This document shows positions 35,590 through 35,675 of a stretch of DNA of 35,675 nucleotides, piece after piece. The notes under the pieces were generated by a model. That model was not told the DNA's origin. It ran no database searches and was given only the letters and a program-made list of their open reading frames with translations. The translations under genes and the position numbers were made by a program. This DNA is from a virus (taxonomy: Duplodnaviria; Caudoviricetes), in IMG/VR virus record IMGVR_UViG_3300044513_003136, positions 1 to 35,675 of that record; one strand, written 5' to 3'. The first letter of the stretch is position 1. Every line of letters starts with the position of its first letter.

Positions 35590-35674
35590 ACTTACCAGTA
35601 CGCTCCCTCATTTGATTCAAAATGTGCTCATAATTAACCTCATTCCACTGTCTACGATCAACGTCCCATTCTTT
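35582..35674 (-). CDS. 3' end of a gene entering from the window edge (...KEWDVDRRQWNEVNYEHILNQMRERTGKYE*)
   Basis: Open frame whose end overlaps the oxygenase start. Confidence 0.55.
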   Translation of the reverse strand, partial: KEWDVDRRQWNEVNYEHILNQMRERTGKYE

Positions 35675-35675
35675 A

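Noticed and set aside
34340-35637. ORFs 34340..34525(-) and 35122..35637(+)
   Set aside because: Antisense shadows of the HNH and oxygenase genes
1-35675. tRNA or rRNA genes
   Set aside because: No cloverleaf or T-loop signature was seen in the few non-coding gaps; tRNAscan-SE would confirm

Overview
This window is a segment of a T4-like cyanomyovirus (Kyanoviridae-type) genome, almost entirely encoded on the minus strand. 1-27.4 kb is an AT-rich late baseplate/virion module (gp25, gp6, a 5241-aa gp7-like protein, gp8, a 2370-aa VrlC/DUF4815-like protein, small virion proteins) with T4-type late promoters (NATAAATA). 27.4-29.6 kb holds accessory genes: ATP-grasp-like, a basic YRGQG peptide, a GT-A glycosyltransferase-like protein and an AbrB-like protein. 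29.75-33.9 kb is a GC-richer island of about 13 mostly tiny genes, several missed by the ORF track. Most have their own sigma70-like promoter, six of which carry a CCA-N10-TGG palindrome at a fixed distance, built from shared identical sequence blocks. 33.8-34.2 kb is a divergent-promoter region with two iteron-like repeat families ahead of the only plus-strand gene (HNH-like), followed by a Cys-rich protein and a 2OG-Fe(II) oxygenase. The most striking observations are nested phycobiliprotein-like helical domains inside gp7 (plus a reelin-like domain and a 7-bladed FG-GAP propeller), the promoter-cassette array, and the repeat-rich origin-like region. All family assignments come from motif recognition by eye; no database searches were run.
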